Assembly: GCA_011109175.1 (NCBI GenBank)
Contig: RDEW01000043.1
Span: 248,001-312,000 of the forward strand
Direction: 5' to 3'
Length of the DNA stretch: 64,000 nt
DNA from: Dicyema japonicum
Taxonomy: Eukaryota > Animalia > Dicyemida
Part shown: one piece after another, positions 36,276 to 47,303 of the stretch
How positions within the stretch are numbered: the stretch's first letter is position 1
Layout of the letters: the number at the start of each line of letters is the position of its first letter
Made by a program: the position numbers and the translations under genes
The notes under the pieces: model-generated
Told to the model about the DNA's origin: nothing
Databases searched by the model: none
What the model saw: only the letters and a program-made list of their open reading frames with translations

Positions 36276-37090
36276 ATGGGAAAGGGTTATCATAATTACA
36301 TGTGTAAGAAGTTTTTTCACCCCCAAAATCCAGAAAACATAGAAAAAGTTTATAATAAATTTTAATTACCTAAATTAGATCTGGATTGCTCAACAGAAGG
36401 ATGAATATGAGAAAAAGAGGCAGTACGACCTAAACGAGCAGTACAAACGAGAGCAGGACATGCTTGAAAATAAAGCCCTGCTAGGAGACAAGAAAGCAAT
36501 TTACGGGATCAGTTTTCTATACGACCCACCTCCTGGTTTACTCGATAAACAGGACAAGAGCGAAGTGGAGGTAAAGTTCGAGTGGCAGCGGAAATATAAC
36601 GCCCCACGTGAAATGTAATAATTCTTATAACTTCCAGATTCGCGAAAAACAACACAGAATTGCTTGATAGGCCTTTCGGGATTGAAGTGAGGAACGTCCG
36701 CTGTATAAAATGCCACAAATGGGGTCACATTTGCACAGACTCTGTCTGTGAGTTCTACAGATTGGATCTTACCATGGAGCCATCAATTCGTAATGATTTT
36801 GTTGATTGTAGCCAACCCCATGACGAATTTGAAGGATGCTATGAAGAACCACATCACAAAGTCATCAATAAAGGCTTCCCAGTCGAAGACATCTGTTCTG
36901 GAGAAGATAAAAGGAAAATATGTATTTTGAGTATATAATGGCAGAGGAAACTCCTCACGATGGACAAGAATGATAAGGAGGTTAAGTTCTTGTTGTCTCT
37001 CAACAAAAAACAAGTCAAACAGCTTTACAAGTTGCTTTAATTCTAATTGTTAGGCAATTGCAGAAAGTGAAGGACGAACAAACTACTTAA
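36276..37090 (+). CDS. CIR1: Corepressor interacting with RBPJ 1 (CIR1), C-terminally shortened
   Basis: [24 protein letters not shown]|IWIAQQK...FLYDPPPG...[13 protein letters not shown]|...[19 protein letters not shown]...[19 protein letters not shown]|[12 protein letters not shown]. Five GT-AG introns of 31, 23, 22, 23 and 23 nt. Confidence 0.92.
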
Positions 37091-37479
37091 TTTGTTTATT
37101 TTTTGATTAAATTAATTTTTATGTCTTTTTTGTTATTTGATTTTTAGTGGAACGTCTCTAAGCGTAAATAGTTTGTAAGTACAAATGGTGACCTGCGCCT
37201 TCCTTAAACTATATAGGCGACATTGGAAGCGCCTATCTCAGGAGACCCTTAATGTCTGGCCGACATTTAAAAATGATATCTCTCTTCCCTTGTCTCCCAT
37301 TTGGTGGATAACTTGAAGAAGCGTGATGATTAAAAAGAATACGGTCCACATCGACGGATGAACTGGATAAACCTATTTCGGGTATAACCTGGGTTATAAA
37401 AAAATGCCCGCGCTTTTTAAATCTTTTTAAAAAGTTAGTTTAAATACATGGCAAGTCAAGGACATGATTGCTATTAAAA

Positions 37480-37964
37480 GAAGGATTTAAATAACAGCAA
37501 CTGTTGTTTAAGGATTGAAGAGAAGTTGGTAGAATGGCTGGAGATAGTAGAATCTAGAAGTAATTGATTGAAAATCTAAATTTTAGATGGTTTTCCTACT
37601 GAAGCCTTGATATCTACCAAGGCCGCCTCGATCAATCTTCTTCCCAAAACTTTTTTCATGACTTTAGTCACTCAGGATTGATACTAATAATCTCAATTGG
37701 AATCATTACAGGATTTTCACGACGGATAAACTTTGTTCTTTATTGACGTCTATGTTGTCGCCCAGTGATGTGGACTATGTTAGCGCAAACATTGTGGGTG
37801 ATATGGAGGAGTATATATATTGTTTTGCTACACCTGTTTTCTATGAAGCCACTGTCCCTATCATCAAGCTGGAAATTTCAGAACGAAATCGCCCAGTCCA
37901 CATTCGCATGAGTCTCCAATTCCATTCTGAAGATAAGTTAAAAGATTCTCAATTAATCCCTTGA
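37480..37964 (+). CDS. Candidate unidentified spliced gene
   Basis: Open stretches IEEKLVEWLEIVESR|NGFPTEALIS... are joined by a typical 27-nt GT-AG intron at about 37560-37586, followed by the ORF ...TSMLSPSDVDYV...SQLIP*. The frame is not continuous and the start was not found. Confidence 0.3.
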
Positions 37965-38066
37965 ACTTACATGATCGATGCACCTATTCAGGAGATGAAG
38001 CACTTAAAAAACTCTTAAAAAGAAATTTATTGAAAAACTATCATAATCAACATAAGTCAGTTTTGA

Positions 38067-38676
38067 CTAGTCAATAAATAAATTAGTGGTCTCCACGAAT
38101 TCCCCATCCAACGGGACGTACTCACCGATGGGTTTAGTAGTTGATGGTCCATTAACGGAAAATGGGGTTAAATTATCATCAATCTTAATAGCCTCCCCAT
38201 ATAGAAAGGGGGAAACACTCTTCAGCTCCGCCAGTGCAATTTTCTGGCATTCCATGGCATCATTGTATGCTTTACGGTGTTTTTTGACCTCCAAGGATTT
38301 CACATTTGAATTTTTTGCGAGAGCTCTTCGTAATTCAATTTTACGGCTGATTTTTGAATCAGAAGAGTTTGTTTCCCCTTCTGATACTTCGGAGGTTCTC
38401 TGACGAGTAGAAATCTCTGATAACAACCTGAGGTTTGGCTGTTCTTCAACAATCGGTTTGAGCTGGTTAGTGAATTTTGACAGTTTTCGAATCTCCTTTT
38501 CCAGCTTCTTTTTCGTCCTCTGGTCCCTTAATTTTTGGAGCTCCGGATCGACTCTTTTTTTCTTTTTTACGATTTCAGAACTGGAAGTAACATAATATTC
38601 GAATAAACCATAATATTTGTGTACTAGAAATTTTATTTAGGCTCATTTTGTAAAAATTTTTGGTCAAATTGCTCAT
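38067..38676 (-). CDS. MRPL40: Mitochondrial ribosomal protein L40
   Basis: MSNLTKNFYKMSLNKISSTQILC|SEIVKKKKRVDPELQKLRDQRTKKKLEKEIRKL...QKIALAELKSVSPFLYGEAIKIDDNLTPFSVNGPSTTKPIGEYVPLDG*. One 28-nt intron at 38581-38608; AATAAA about 40 nt downstream. Confidence 0.9.
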
Positions 38677-38859
38677 CACAAAACTACCAGTCAAGCCAAT
38701 CATTTTATTTAAATAAAAAACTAAAATATGTAATTATTTATATCAAATAATAAATAAATAAACTAGCACAATATTGTAGCAAAACTAAAATTTTTTTGTT
38801 GAGGTGATGTCGTCCCTATAATATGGCACACAAAAAAATCTCTGCTACTATACGACAGT

Positions 38860-40560
38860 AAGCCATTTTTGACTCAAGGCAACCTAAAACCACGTTCCCT
38901 GAACGATGAGCAAAAGAGGCCTTAAAGTTGATGCTTCCAAGAAACCAAGATAAAGGAGCAACGTATGATGAATAATAATGCCTACACGTTTATGCTCCTC
39001 CCTTCTGAATCTTACATATCAATTATAAAAATTTATGCCCCCAAAGGGAGAGAGAGCTGCAAGAAACATAGAAAAGCTAGAAGAGTTCTATGATGCCCTC
39101 AAGTTTTTATGCAGAACTGTCTTCGTCCCTCTTCTTATTTATTGCTGGAGACTGGAATGCTAGAGCTGGCAGAGCACATGATGGAGACCTATGTATTGGA
39201 TCACATAGGAGAAACAGAAGGAATCTTCCGGGAGAATATATGGTTGAATTTAGTAACATGAGCCAATTGTATATGTGCAATATACATTCAAACACTCAGC
39301 AAGGCACATTACCACACGTACTGTGGAAAGAAGAAACCAACATCACACATTAATCAAGATATATAATCAAATCGACTATGTGGTATGCAGACAAGGTCGA
39401 AAGAGATTACTAGTTTACTCGAGATTCTACAACCGTCTCCTGACGTCTACTGAAGAAACGTGCTTTTGGAATCTTCGGTAAAAGGAAGACCATGTGATAG
39501 ATTTGCAGTAGAGAGGCCGGTACATGATGAAATAACCCAACAAAGATATAAGATCACTCTGGGGAAGGAAACAGTCACCGTAATCGCAATGCAATGTATA
39601 AATACAATAGCGGTAAATCCCCGGGACCTGACGGAATACTAACAGAACTTTTAATTTACGGGCCTATTAAAGTGGCGACAGCTATAATAAAATGTTTAAT
39701 GGAATGGCAACGAATGCATTACAATTCAGGCATTCTTTGTAAAGGATTACTACTCCTAACAGATTAACCAGGGTAACCAAAAGGCCATCTAAACGGCCTA
39801 AGTCCAATAATCCCACTCACGACCCTTCGTGAAATATTAGCAAATATTATCCACAATGGGATAAAAAACCAGGTGGACAAATATCTTTCTCCCAGCCAAA
39901 GTGGATTTCGTGCTGAACGGTCAACTGCAGACGCTGTTTGGGCATACAATGGTATGTGTCACTGTGCCAAAAATACAAAACGCAAATAAATATTCTTTCG
40001 AGGACATTTGACTAAGTAAAGAGAAACAAGCCGATGAAGGTTCTTCAAAAGATATAAAACCGAGATGAAATTCATTTAATAAGCATCCATTTCGCAGTCA
40101 AACTGGGAAATTCAGACCTAAAATAATTTGCCGTGTCCTACAGGGAGATTCACGCTCTCCAATCCTGTTCATAATATATCTGGAGGCTCCCTTAAAATCT
40201 TTCAGGAAGAAACTCCAATACAACAGATATTATCTATGCAAACGATATAAACTATATTTTAAAGACATCTAAATCAATAGAATACTAGAAGTACTACCAA
40301 ATGGTTATTAACAAGAATATCGAAAAACCCGAAAACATATTTAGACTAGGAAAATATGCCCCAAAAGACAAGAACTGACGGAAACTAAGAAAACTGGTTT
40401 CGTTGTTTTGGTACATGACGGCCTGAAAACAGAAAAAGGTTATCTATAATCGCCCTGAACAAACTGGACTATATCTGGTTTGACAACAAACTTATCGGAG
40501 CCGAGTATCTGAGAATCTGCAGTACATTCGTAGTTCCAATTCTAACATATAATGAGGATT
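38860..40560 (+). mobile_element. Degenerate RTE element (APE + RT)
   Basis: IKIYAP, IAGDWNARAG, NQIDYVVCR, LRPIIPL...QSGFRAERST and QGDSRSPILFIIYLEA. Confidence 0.8.
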
Positions 40561-40954
40561 ATCAAATGATGAGTTTGGTAGGCTTGAAGTGTTCCACAGA
40601 AGGCAAATAAATGTGGTCATGAATACCCCTTCCGGTTGCTATTAAAGTCACACCAAACTGCAATAATGGAATCCACAGACTGAGACCCAAGAAATGCTTC
40701 TTAAGTGCCCTTTGAGTGATGAGGACCCCCTCCTGATTCGTTATCCTTTCTATCCTCAACCTAAGATCTCAATACGCACTACTAATATACACAAAATAAG
40801 ACTATCTACGTGTTGCTATAGTAACAAAAATTATTAAATTTCCGCCTCGTTGTGTTGCTATAACAACAGAAATTATTAAACCGATTCTATAGAAAAGTAT
40901 ACAAAATCTAATAACAAAACCAAAAAAAGCATAAAAATAATCTTTATTATAAAT

Positions 40955-41427
40955 TTAATAATAATCATAATAATATGGATCATAGTAGAAGGGGGCATAC
41001 CAGACATTATTAGCCCAATAATCAAAGTCAGATATTTTGTCATAAATTACGTTGGTGTTGTACATTGGGGGATACATTTGCTCCACTGTTCCAAACATTG
41101 CATAAAAATTATCATTTACTCTTTCAAAATAAGGATTTAAGTGAACCATTTCTTTCATCCCCTCATTTTGTAAATTAACAGAGTCAACAATAAATTGATA
41201 TGTGTTTTTTCTGACTCTCTTCAGAATTGCGGGGCATTGTAATATGTTCTAAGGGACCTGCTTAGTTTGTCCACATTCATTGTTGGGTTTGACTTTTCTA
41301 TTCCCCATAATCTGGATAATTCATTAATGTTTGCTATTTCAAATGTATTAAATGCTACCCATTCCACACAGGGATTGTTTTCTGATAATAATCTGTGAAT
41401 AAATTTGTGAAGTAGAGACTTAACCAT
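40955..41427 (-). CDS. Intronless minimal ETS-domain transcription factor
   Basis: LHKFIHRLLSE..CVEWV..FEI..ELSRLWGIEKSNPTMNVDKLSRSLRTYY. Restoring one C in the GCCCC run near 41232 gives ...AILKRVRKNTYQF and joins ORF 40955-41158, which has a Tyr-rich tail; about 157 aa in total. Confidence 0.85.
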
Positions 41428-41539
41428 AACCGCAAAATCAATAAATCGATAATCTAAACATTTATTTAATTATTAATAAATAATAATTAAATAATTAAAT
41501 ATAATTATATTAATTTAACATAGTTTTTATTAATTAAAA

Positions 41540-42140
41540 TATCCTAGTAAGAATATCCTGGGAGTGACATACGACAGGCTGCTTAATTTTACCTACCATA
41601 CCAAACAAGTCTTTACCAAAGGACTACAGAAATTGAATGTCACACGGGCCTTCATCCAGAAGACCTCAGTGAATATGAATAAAGCAATCGGAACCATACA
41701 CCGCCAGACAATCGCTGTGGAATATGCCTCTGGTGCGTGGAGATTCGGGTTATCAGAGGCCACTATCCAAAAACTAAACTTACTGCAAAAGAGAACGATA
41801 CGTATGCTGGGACCACAATGTGGAACAGAAATAGCTCCCCTGCTGACGGAATCTACAACTCTTAGATGTGGTTCCGGATTTCTCCGCATTTGCGAGGAAG
41901 ATGGACACCCACTAAGCTTCTCATCGTTCCACGCAAAAGAAAATCGGTTGGCTACGAAATTTCCTTCCCCAATCGGCTTCTTCTGCAAGGATCAAAGAAG
42001 GCATTTCCCTTCGACAGTGGGAACAATGGAGACGCACAGGCTTAGGATGGCACGTTTGGTTTCAGGAACTGGGATCACCTAACTAGTTGACTTTACTTTT
42101 GTCTTTCTTTCTCGGTGATCCCGGGTTAATAAATAAGTAA
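41540..42140 (+). mobile_element. LINE 3' fragment with an 11-bp terminal hairpin
   Basis: LGVTYDRLLNFTYH; stem CTGGGATCACC (42069) / GGTGATCCCGG (42114), followed by GTTAATAAATAAG. Confidence 0.85.
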
Positions 42141-42149
42141 GAATAATTA

Positions 42150-44200
42150 GATTAGCGTGGCGTCACGACAGCTTTCAACAACGATTAATTGGTCCGTCAT
42201 TTACGACAACCGAGGCGATCATAACCCTATTCTGCTAAAAATCGAAAGCGAAATTACCAGTGGAAAGAAGAAATCTGCATATATATACAACCTTGCAATT
42301 TGGCAATTATTCCTATCAGTTAAGGACCAACATTTGGCTAATATACAGCTGGAAAACTACCTCCCTTGATATAGTGGTTCCTACGTCAACAAAGTCATCC
42401 TGGAAGCAAGAACAATGGCTGTCCCTAAAAGATATGTCGTTTACACGAGAGAGTACGGAAGGAAGGCTCTGGTCAAGGAACAAAACCGTCTCAAAAAAGC
42501 AGGGATCCGTTCGTCCGAAACAAGGATCCGTCTAATAGTGCTGAACGAGGAAATAAAAGCCAATGAATTCAAAATACAAGAGCTAAATGGAAGATAGTCC
42601 TTACGTCATTAAATCGTAACCGGTCAACATCCGAAGTCTGGAAGACTATTAGAAATATCTCGAAGGTGGATGAGAGGACACCCGGAAATGACGAATTCAG
42701 CCAAAAGGAGCTAAACGCCCTATAAAATACTACGCGAAAATCTCTCACAAAAACCAATGAGGACTGACCCACCCAAACCGCCGCTAAGAAAACCGAAAAG
42801 GGATCAATTAACTTATTTCACGGTAGAAGGAGGTAATGGCATCCCTAAACCAAACAAAAGTAACACATTCTCATGGTCCAGACGGAATTCCCATAATCCT
42901 CCTGAAAAACCTAGGCAATGAAGGAATCGGTGCCCTGACCAAAATTACAACTAGTTGATTATTATAACTCAATCCCAACACTATGGAAACTTTCAAACAT
43001 TCGCCCAGTATTGAAGACAGGAAAACCGAAAGAAGACCCAGCTTCTTCAGGCCTATTTCTCTCATGCTTGATGTCAAAAATTCTGGAAAAGCTCATCCCC
43101 GCAAAAATCACTGAAAGGACTCCGATAAACCGTTCCAGCATGGTTTCAAAAAGGATCGGTCCACAACAAGTTTCCTCATATCCTGAGTAACTTTATTCGC
43201 TCTGGATTTCTATGCAAACCAAGACACCAAGAAAATTGTGTTATGCTCACTAGACATCCACAAAGCTTTTGACTCTGTGCCGAGGAAGAACCTAATATGG
43301 AAAATTTACCAATCAGATATCCCCGAAAAGCTCAAACGCTGGCTGATAACTTCCTTAGCGGACAGAGAGGTAAGTGTGCATTGGAAACATTTATTCTGTC
43401 ACCCGTTTATTCCCAAATAGAGTACCCCAGGGTTCGCCGCTATCACCATTCCTATTCAATCTATTTACGGATGACACTCCGACACCGAATGGAGAAGACG
43501 ACCTCCTTCTGACTTATGCAGACGACATCGTCTTAGCCTCACGGGATCAGAACACCCAAACAGCGACGGAAAAAATACAACACCACATGGATCGACTACT
43601 CGAGTGGTTTATGAAAATCGGATGTCAATCAATACCGAAAATCTGTTACGACTCTATTCCTCGGATAAAAGATTGTCGAACAGGACAATAGAAGATACTG
43701 CAAAGGGAAGAGCATTGCCGTTTATCAAATGGCAAAAAATATTGGTCTGACTTTCGATAAGCACATGAACTTTACGAGACACGTCACTAACGTGCTGAAC
43801 AAATGTGAGAAGTAAATCAACCTTTGAAATGCCTAACAGGTCTATGGAAATTTGACAATACTTACAAAGCTCTACTCACAATACATCTAACCATGCATTT
43901 CATATGCGTGTACTTCATGGGGACCACTGTCCTCTTATGCGAACATCCAGAAAATCTCCGCAGCCCAGAAAAAAGCCTTCAAACTAACTGAGAGATGGTA
44001 TATAGGGAAAAACATCAAATCACCGACGCCCATGGAGACACTATCGAAAAAAACAAAAATAGACACCGATGCCAAAAAGGAAGTGCTCGCCCGCAACGAA
44101 CTTGTGTAGGTTCAAGGGATCAACACCGAGCAAATATAGAGCCTTGATCCAATTCGTTGGGATCACTTAGTCTTTTTCGGTTTAACAGTGATCTTTGGAA
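42150..44200 (+). mobile_element. Frameshifted Jockey/I-like LINE (APE end, RT, 3' end)
   Basis: RGDHNPILL, LDIHKAFDSV, RVPQGSPLSPFLFNLF and LTYADDIV; the 3' 400 bp is nearly identical to 63460-63885. Confidence 0.88.
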
Positions 44201-44610
44201 TTAATTTTTAATTTAAGTTATCAAGTTGTTCTTTGAACGTTCAATGTCAGAGGACTCTAGTGCTTGGAAAAGAAAAGAACTTTGTGAAGACCTTTCAAAA
44301 TATAAGATATCAATCGGATGTCTCCAAAAGACAAAAATATCAAAGGAGTTTGAGGAAAACACGGAAAGTTTAAGTTAATCATTCTCTCTGGGGATTAAAA
44401 CATTAAGGCCTAAGATTCGCTGTAAGAAAGGACCTAGACAGGGCATGTAGCGTTACTGGACTATCAATGAAAGGATTGGGATTTTACAAATAACACTAGA
44501 AGATCATAACTCTCCGAAGAGTTATCTTACTATTATTAACACATATGCTCCACATAGTGGGTGGATCAACAAGAAACCCGAGAAGATTGACGAATTTTAT
44601 GCTAATCTTT

Positions 44611-47135
44611 TTTTAATTATTTTTATTTATTTAAATTATAAATAATTAGGACGACAGAATGGCGAAGGCGTTACCTCTGATAATCGCCATTTCGAGCCTC
44701 TGCCTCAACCAGAGTCCCTTTCGTGGCTCATATCTTATTGAGGCAAGTTTGCTTCCAATGCTGGAGAGAAAGGCGTCCGTCTTCGCTCCCACTGTTCCAG
44801 TTGTCTCCACAGAAATGGGGGTGAAATGGTATTGGTCTCCGAGGGATTCGTATTTACGGATCTTCTTGGCCTCCGCCTGATTGGCTGCGTCTTCAGGAGA
44901 GTGCGTCGCCGTCAGCGATCTGGCCCCTGAGAAAATGTCCACAAACGTTGCGTCCCAGACGAGTGATTTTCCGTGGGAGTGTGCAATAACGTCATTTCAT
45001 TGAGAGCTGCGTGACGCGGGGCTCGACCAGCGCTTCGTCGGCAAGAGAGTGGATGTAAGCCTTTCGTATCAACGTCCTCGCCGCAACGGTATTTGTGTCT
45101 CTGGCATATGTCCAGTCCTAGGAGCAGTGCCACTCCGATCCTCAGGGTGTTTTCGTCAAGACTCTTCTGGCAAGCAAAGTTCGACGGGAATTCTAAGCTC
45201 AACTCCCCACAACTAACAAACCCATCAAGCTCCGAGTCCAAGGTATGTCCGGTTGCGTTACGTAAGACTGCGACTGCAGATCGCAAGGGATGAAAAGTAG
45301 GCAGGCAGGGCGGCCTCAAGGGAGGGAGATCTTAACCCAATGCCCCCATTTCTCGCAGGTAGTTTGCACATTGTCTAGCCAAGATCATCGAATTTGACAT
45401 TCAGTATTGACTCCGCCGATCGTCTCAGAATCCCATCAGCCAACAATAGTGCTTTCCGGTGTTCAAAACATGGTGAACATTTCAAAATGTAGATCATCTT
45501 CGACATGGAAATATATTTCTTGAGCAAGAAGAAAGACACATGTGGACCCAAAGATGATACTCTCTTTGTAAAGCTTCGACTTCATTATCCTTACTGGTAA
45601 GGCAGTTTTCCAGCTCGTCGTTTCCGAGAGGGCAGCCAAGGAAGTGTGCCTTGACCAAGGAGGATATGCTGAAACCTGGAAGTAAGGGTCTAAATTCTTG
45701 GCAGGCAGTAGAAAAGCTTGGAGATTAGCAGGAAATATTGATCAGTTGCGACGTTGACACTTAAACCCAATTCGTTTAGAGCTGGAATGGTTGAAGAAAT
45801 ATCCTGATATACATTCTCACATGGCCCAGCTATTGTGGCGTCGTCCTAGAATCACAGGTTGAGTTCGCTGTTTATGTTTCTTGCCACTGTGTCAATTGTC
45901 ATTGCAAAAAGCAAAGTTCCTAGAGGGTCTCCCTTTGAACGCCTGTGCGCGAATGAACGATATCGCTTCCTTAAACTAAGGCTGACCGATCGCAATTGGG
46001 CGGACACCTCCATCTCCTTTTCGGAATGCCAATAAATGTCCACAAAAAAGAAGATCTCTAGAAAATTTTGGAATATCACCATTAACTATTCGAGTGAGCA
46101 GCAAGGTGATAGACGTTAACAAGGCACGGTCGGCTTCAGCAGTAGCTTCGGAGGTTAATTCCTTTACATGGCTTAAGTGCAGTCCGACTAGTCCTCCGCA
46201 GCTACTGGGAGCAAAAGACTTTATTCCTCGCACTACTTCAAATACCGTGGGAGTAAATGCCGGGAGGTCTTCTGGCATTTTCAAGTTCCGCTAGTTCGAT
46301 AATTCTCAATAACTCCAAGACTTCTCGTCACGGCTTCAACAGCGATTCGTCACAAGACACTACTCTTACAGCTGCGCGAACGTCCCCTTCCATCTTGAAA
46401 TGTTTTAGAATTTTCCTGTTTACACCCAGCTTCTGTAGACAGCTGTTTACGCCGAAGTACTTGCTCAGGCTCGATTCCTGAGTCTTGTTGCGTTGAAGTG
46501 GCCAAAAAGGCAGAACTTCTTAATTTTTGAGGCCAGTGATCCGTTGCGAGCCTGCTCTGAGGCAGAAATTCATAGGGTCATAGGTGCAAAGCTCAGTTGA
46601 CGTATCCAAGAGGCCTGGTCGCTGGTGCTGATGGCTTTATAAATTAATGACGTGAAGCAATTCTGCAGCGGGAATTCGAGCGGCCTTTGGTATTGTTAGT
46701 GGAATCCGTCTGCCTTTCCGACTCTCCGATAGGCGTAACAAAAAGTTCGATCTGTCCAAAATAAGAGGGATGACTGAATTTCAGCCGGATGACGACACCG
46801 AGCGGGTCGGCATCCATCTAGTATGCGCAGTCTCATTTGTAAAGAGATCTCGCAGCCAATTTCGACATTCGGACAAACCCGAGGGGAAAAATCTCCCACA
46901 AGATGTGCAATTAAACCCGTATTTCTTCGCGTTGCAATATCCACAAGACACGCACTGCTTTTTCGATCTCGCATGTAAAAGTAGTATTTCTTCGAATGTA
47001 ACGTGATCCACAGATGGACATTGAACAGAGTCAGAATTGGCCTGATTAGTTTTCTGCATGTTCATTCTGATTTTCCTTTCTTTTTCTCTTCTTTTTTCAT
47101 AGCACCACACCGACCACAACGAGTAGTCTTTTTTT
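44611..47135 (-). mobile_element. Near-full-length, internally deleted CRE-like retroelement
   Basis: PHD-like N-terminus at about 46830-46960; GGVRPIA and GDPLGTLLF; [28 protein letters not shown]; FTPISVETTG and RQRLEMAIIRGNA. A 15-bp TSD ATTTTATGCTAATCT lies at 44594-44608 and 47136-47150. Confidence 0.9.
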
Positions 47136-47150
47136 ATTTTATGCTAATCT

Positions 47151-47303
47151 CCAGCATTGGAAGCAAACTCGCCTCAAAAAAGGTGTGAGCCACAGGAGGG
47201 ACTCTGGTTGAGGAAGAGGCTCGAAATGACGATTATCAGAGGTAACGCCTTCGTCATTCTGTCGTCCTAATTATTTATAATTTTTAAAAATTAATTCTCT
47301 TCC
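47151..47303 (+). mobile_element. Severely 5'-truncated CRE-like 3' end, inverted relative to the adjacent long copy
   Basis: Roughly 90% identical by eye to the reverse complement of 44635-44768; TSD TATGCTAATCT at 47140-47150 and 47304-47314. Confidence 0.9.
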
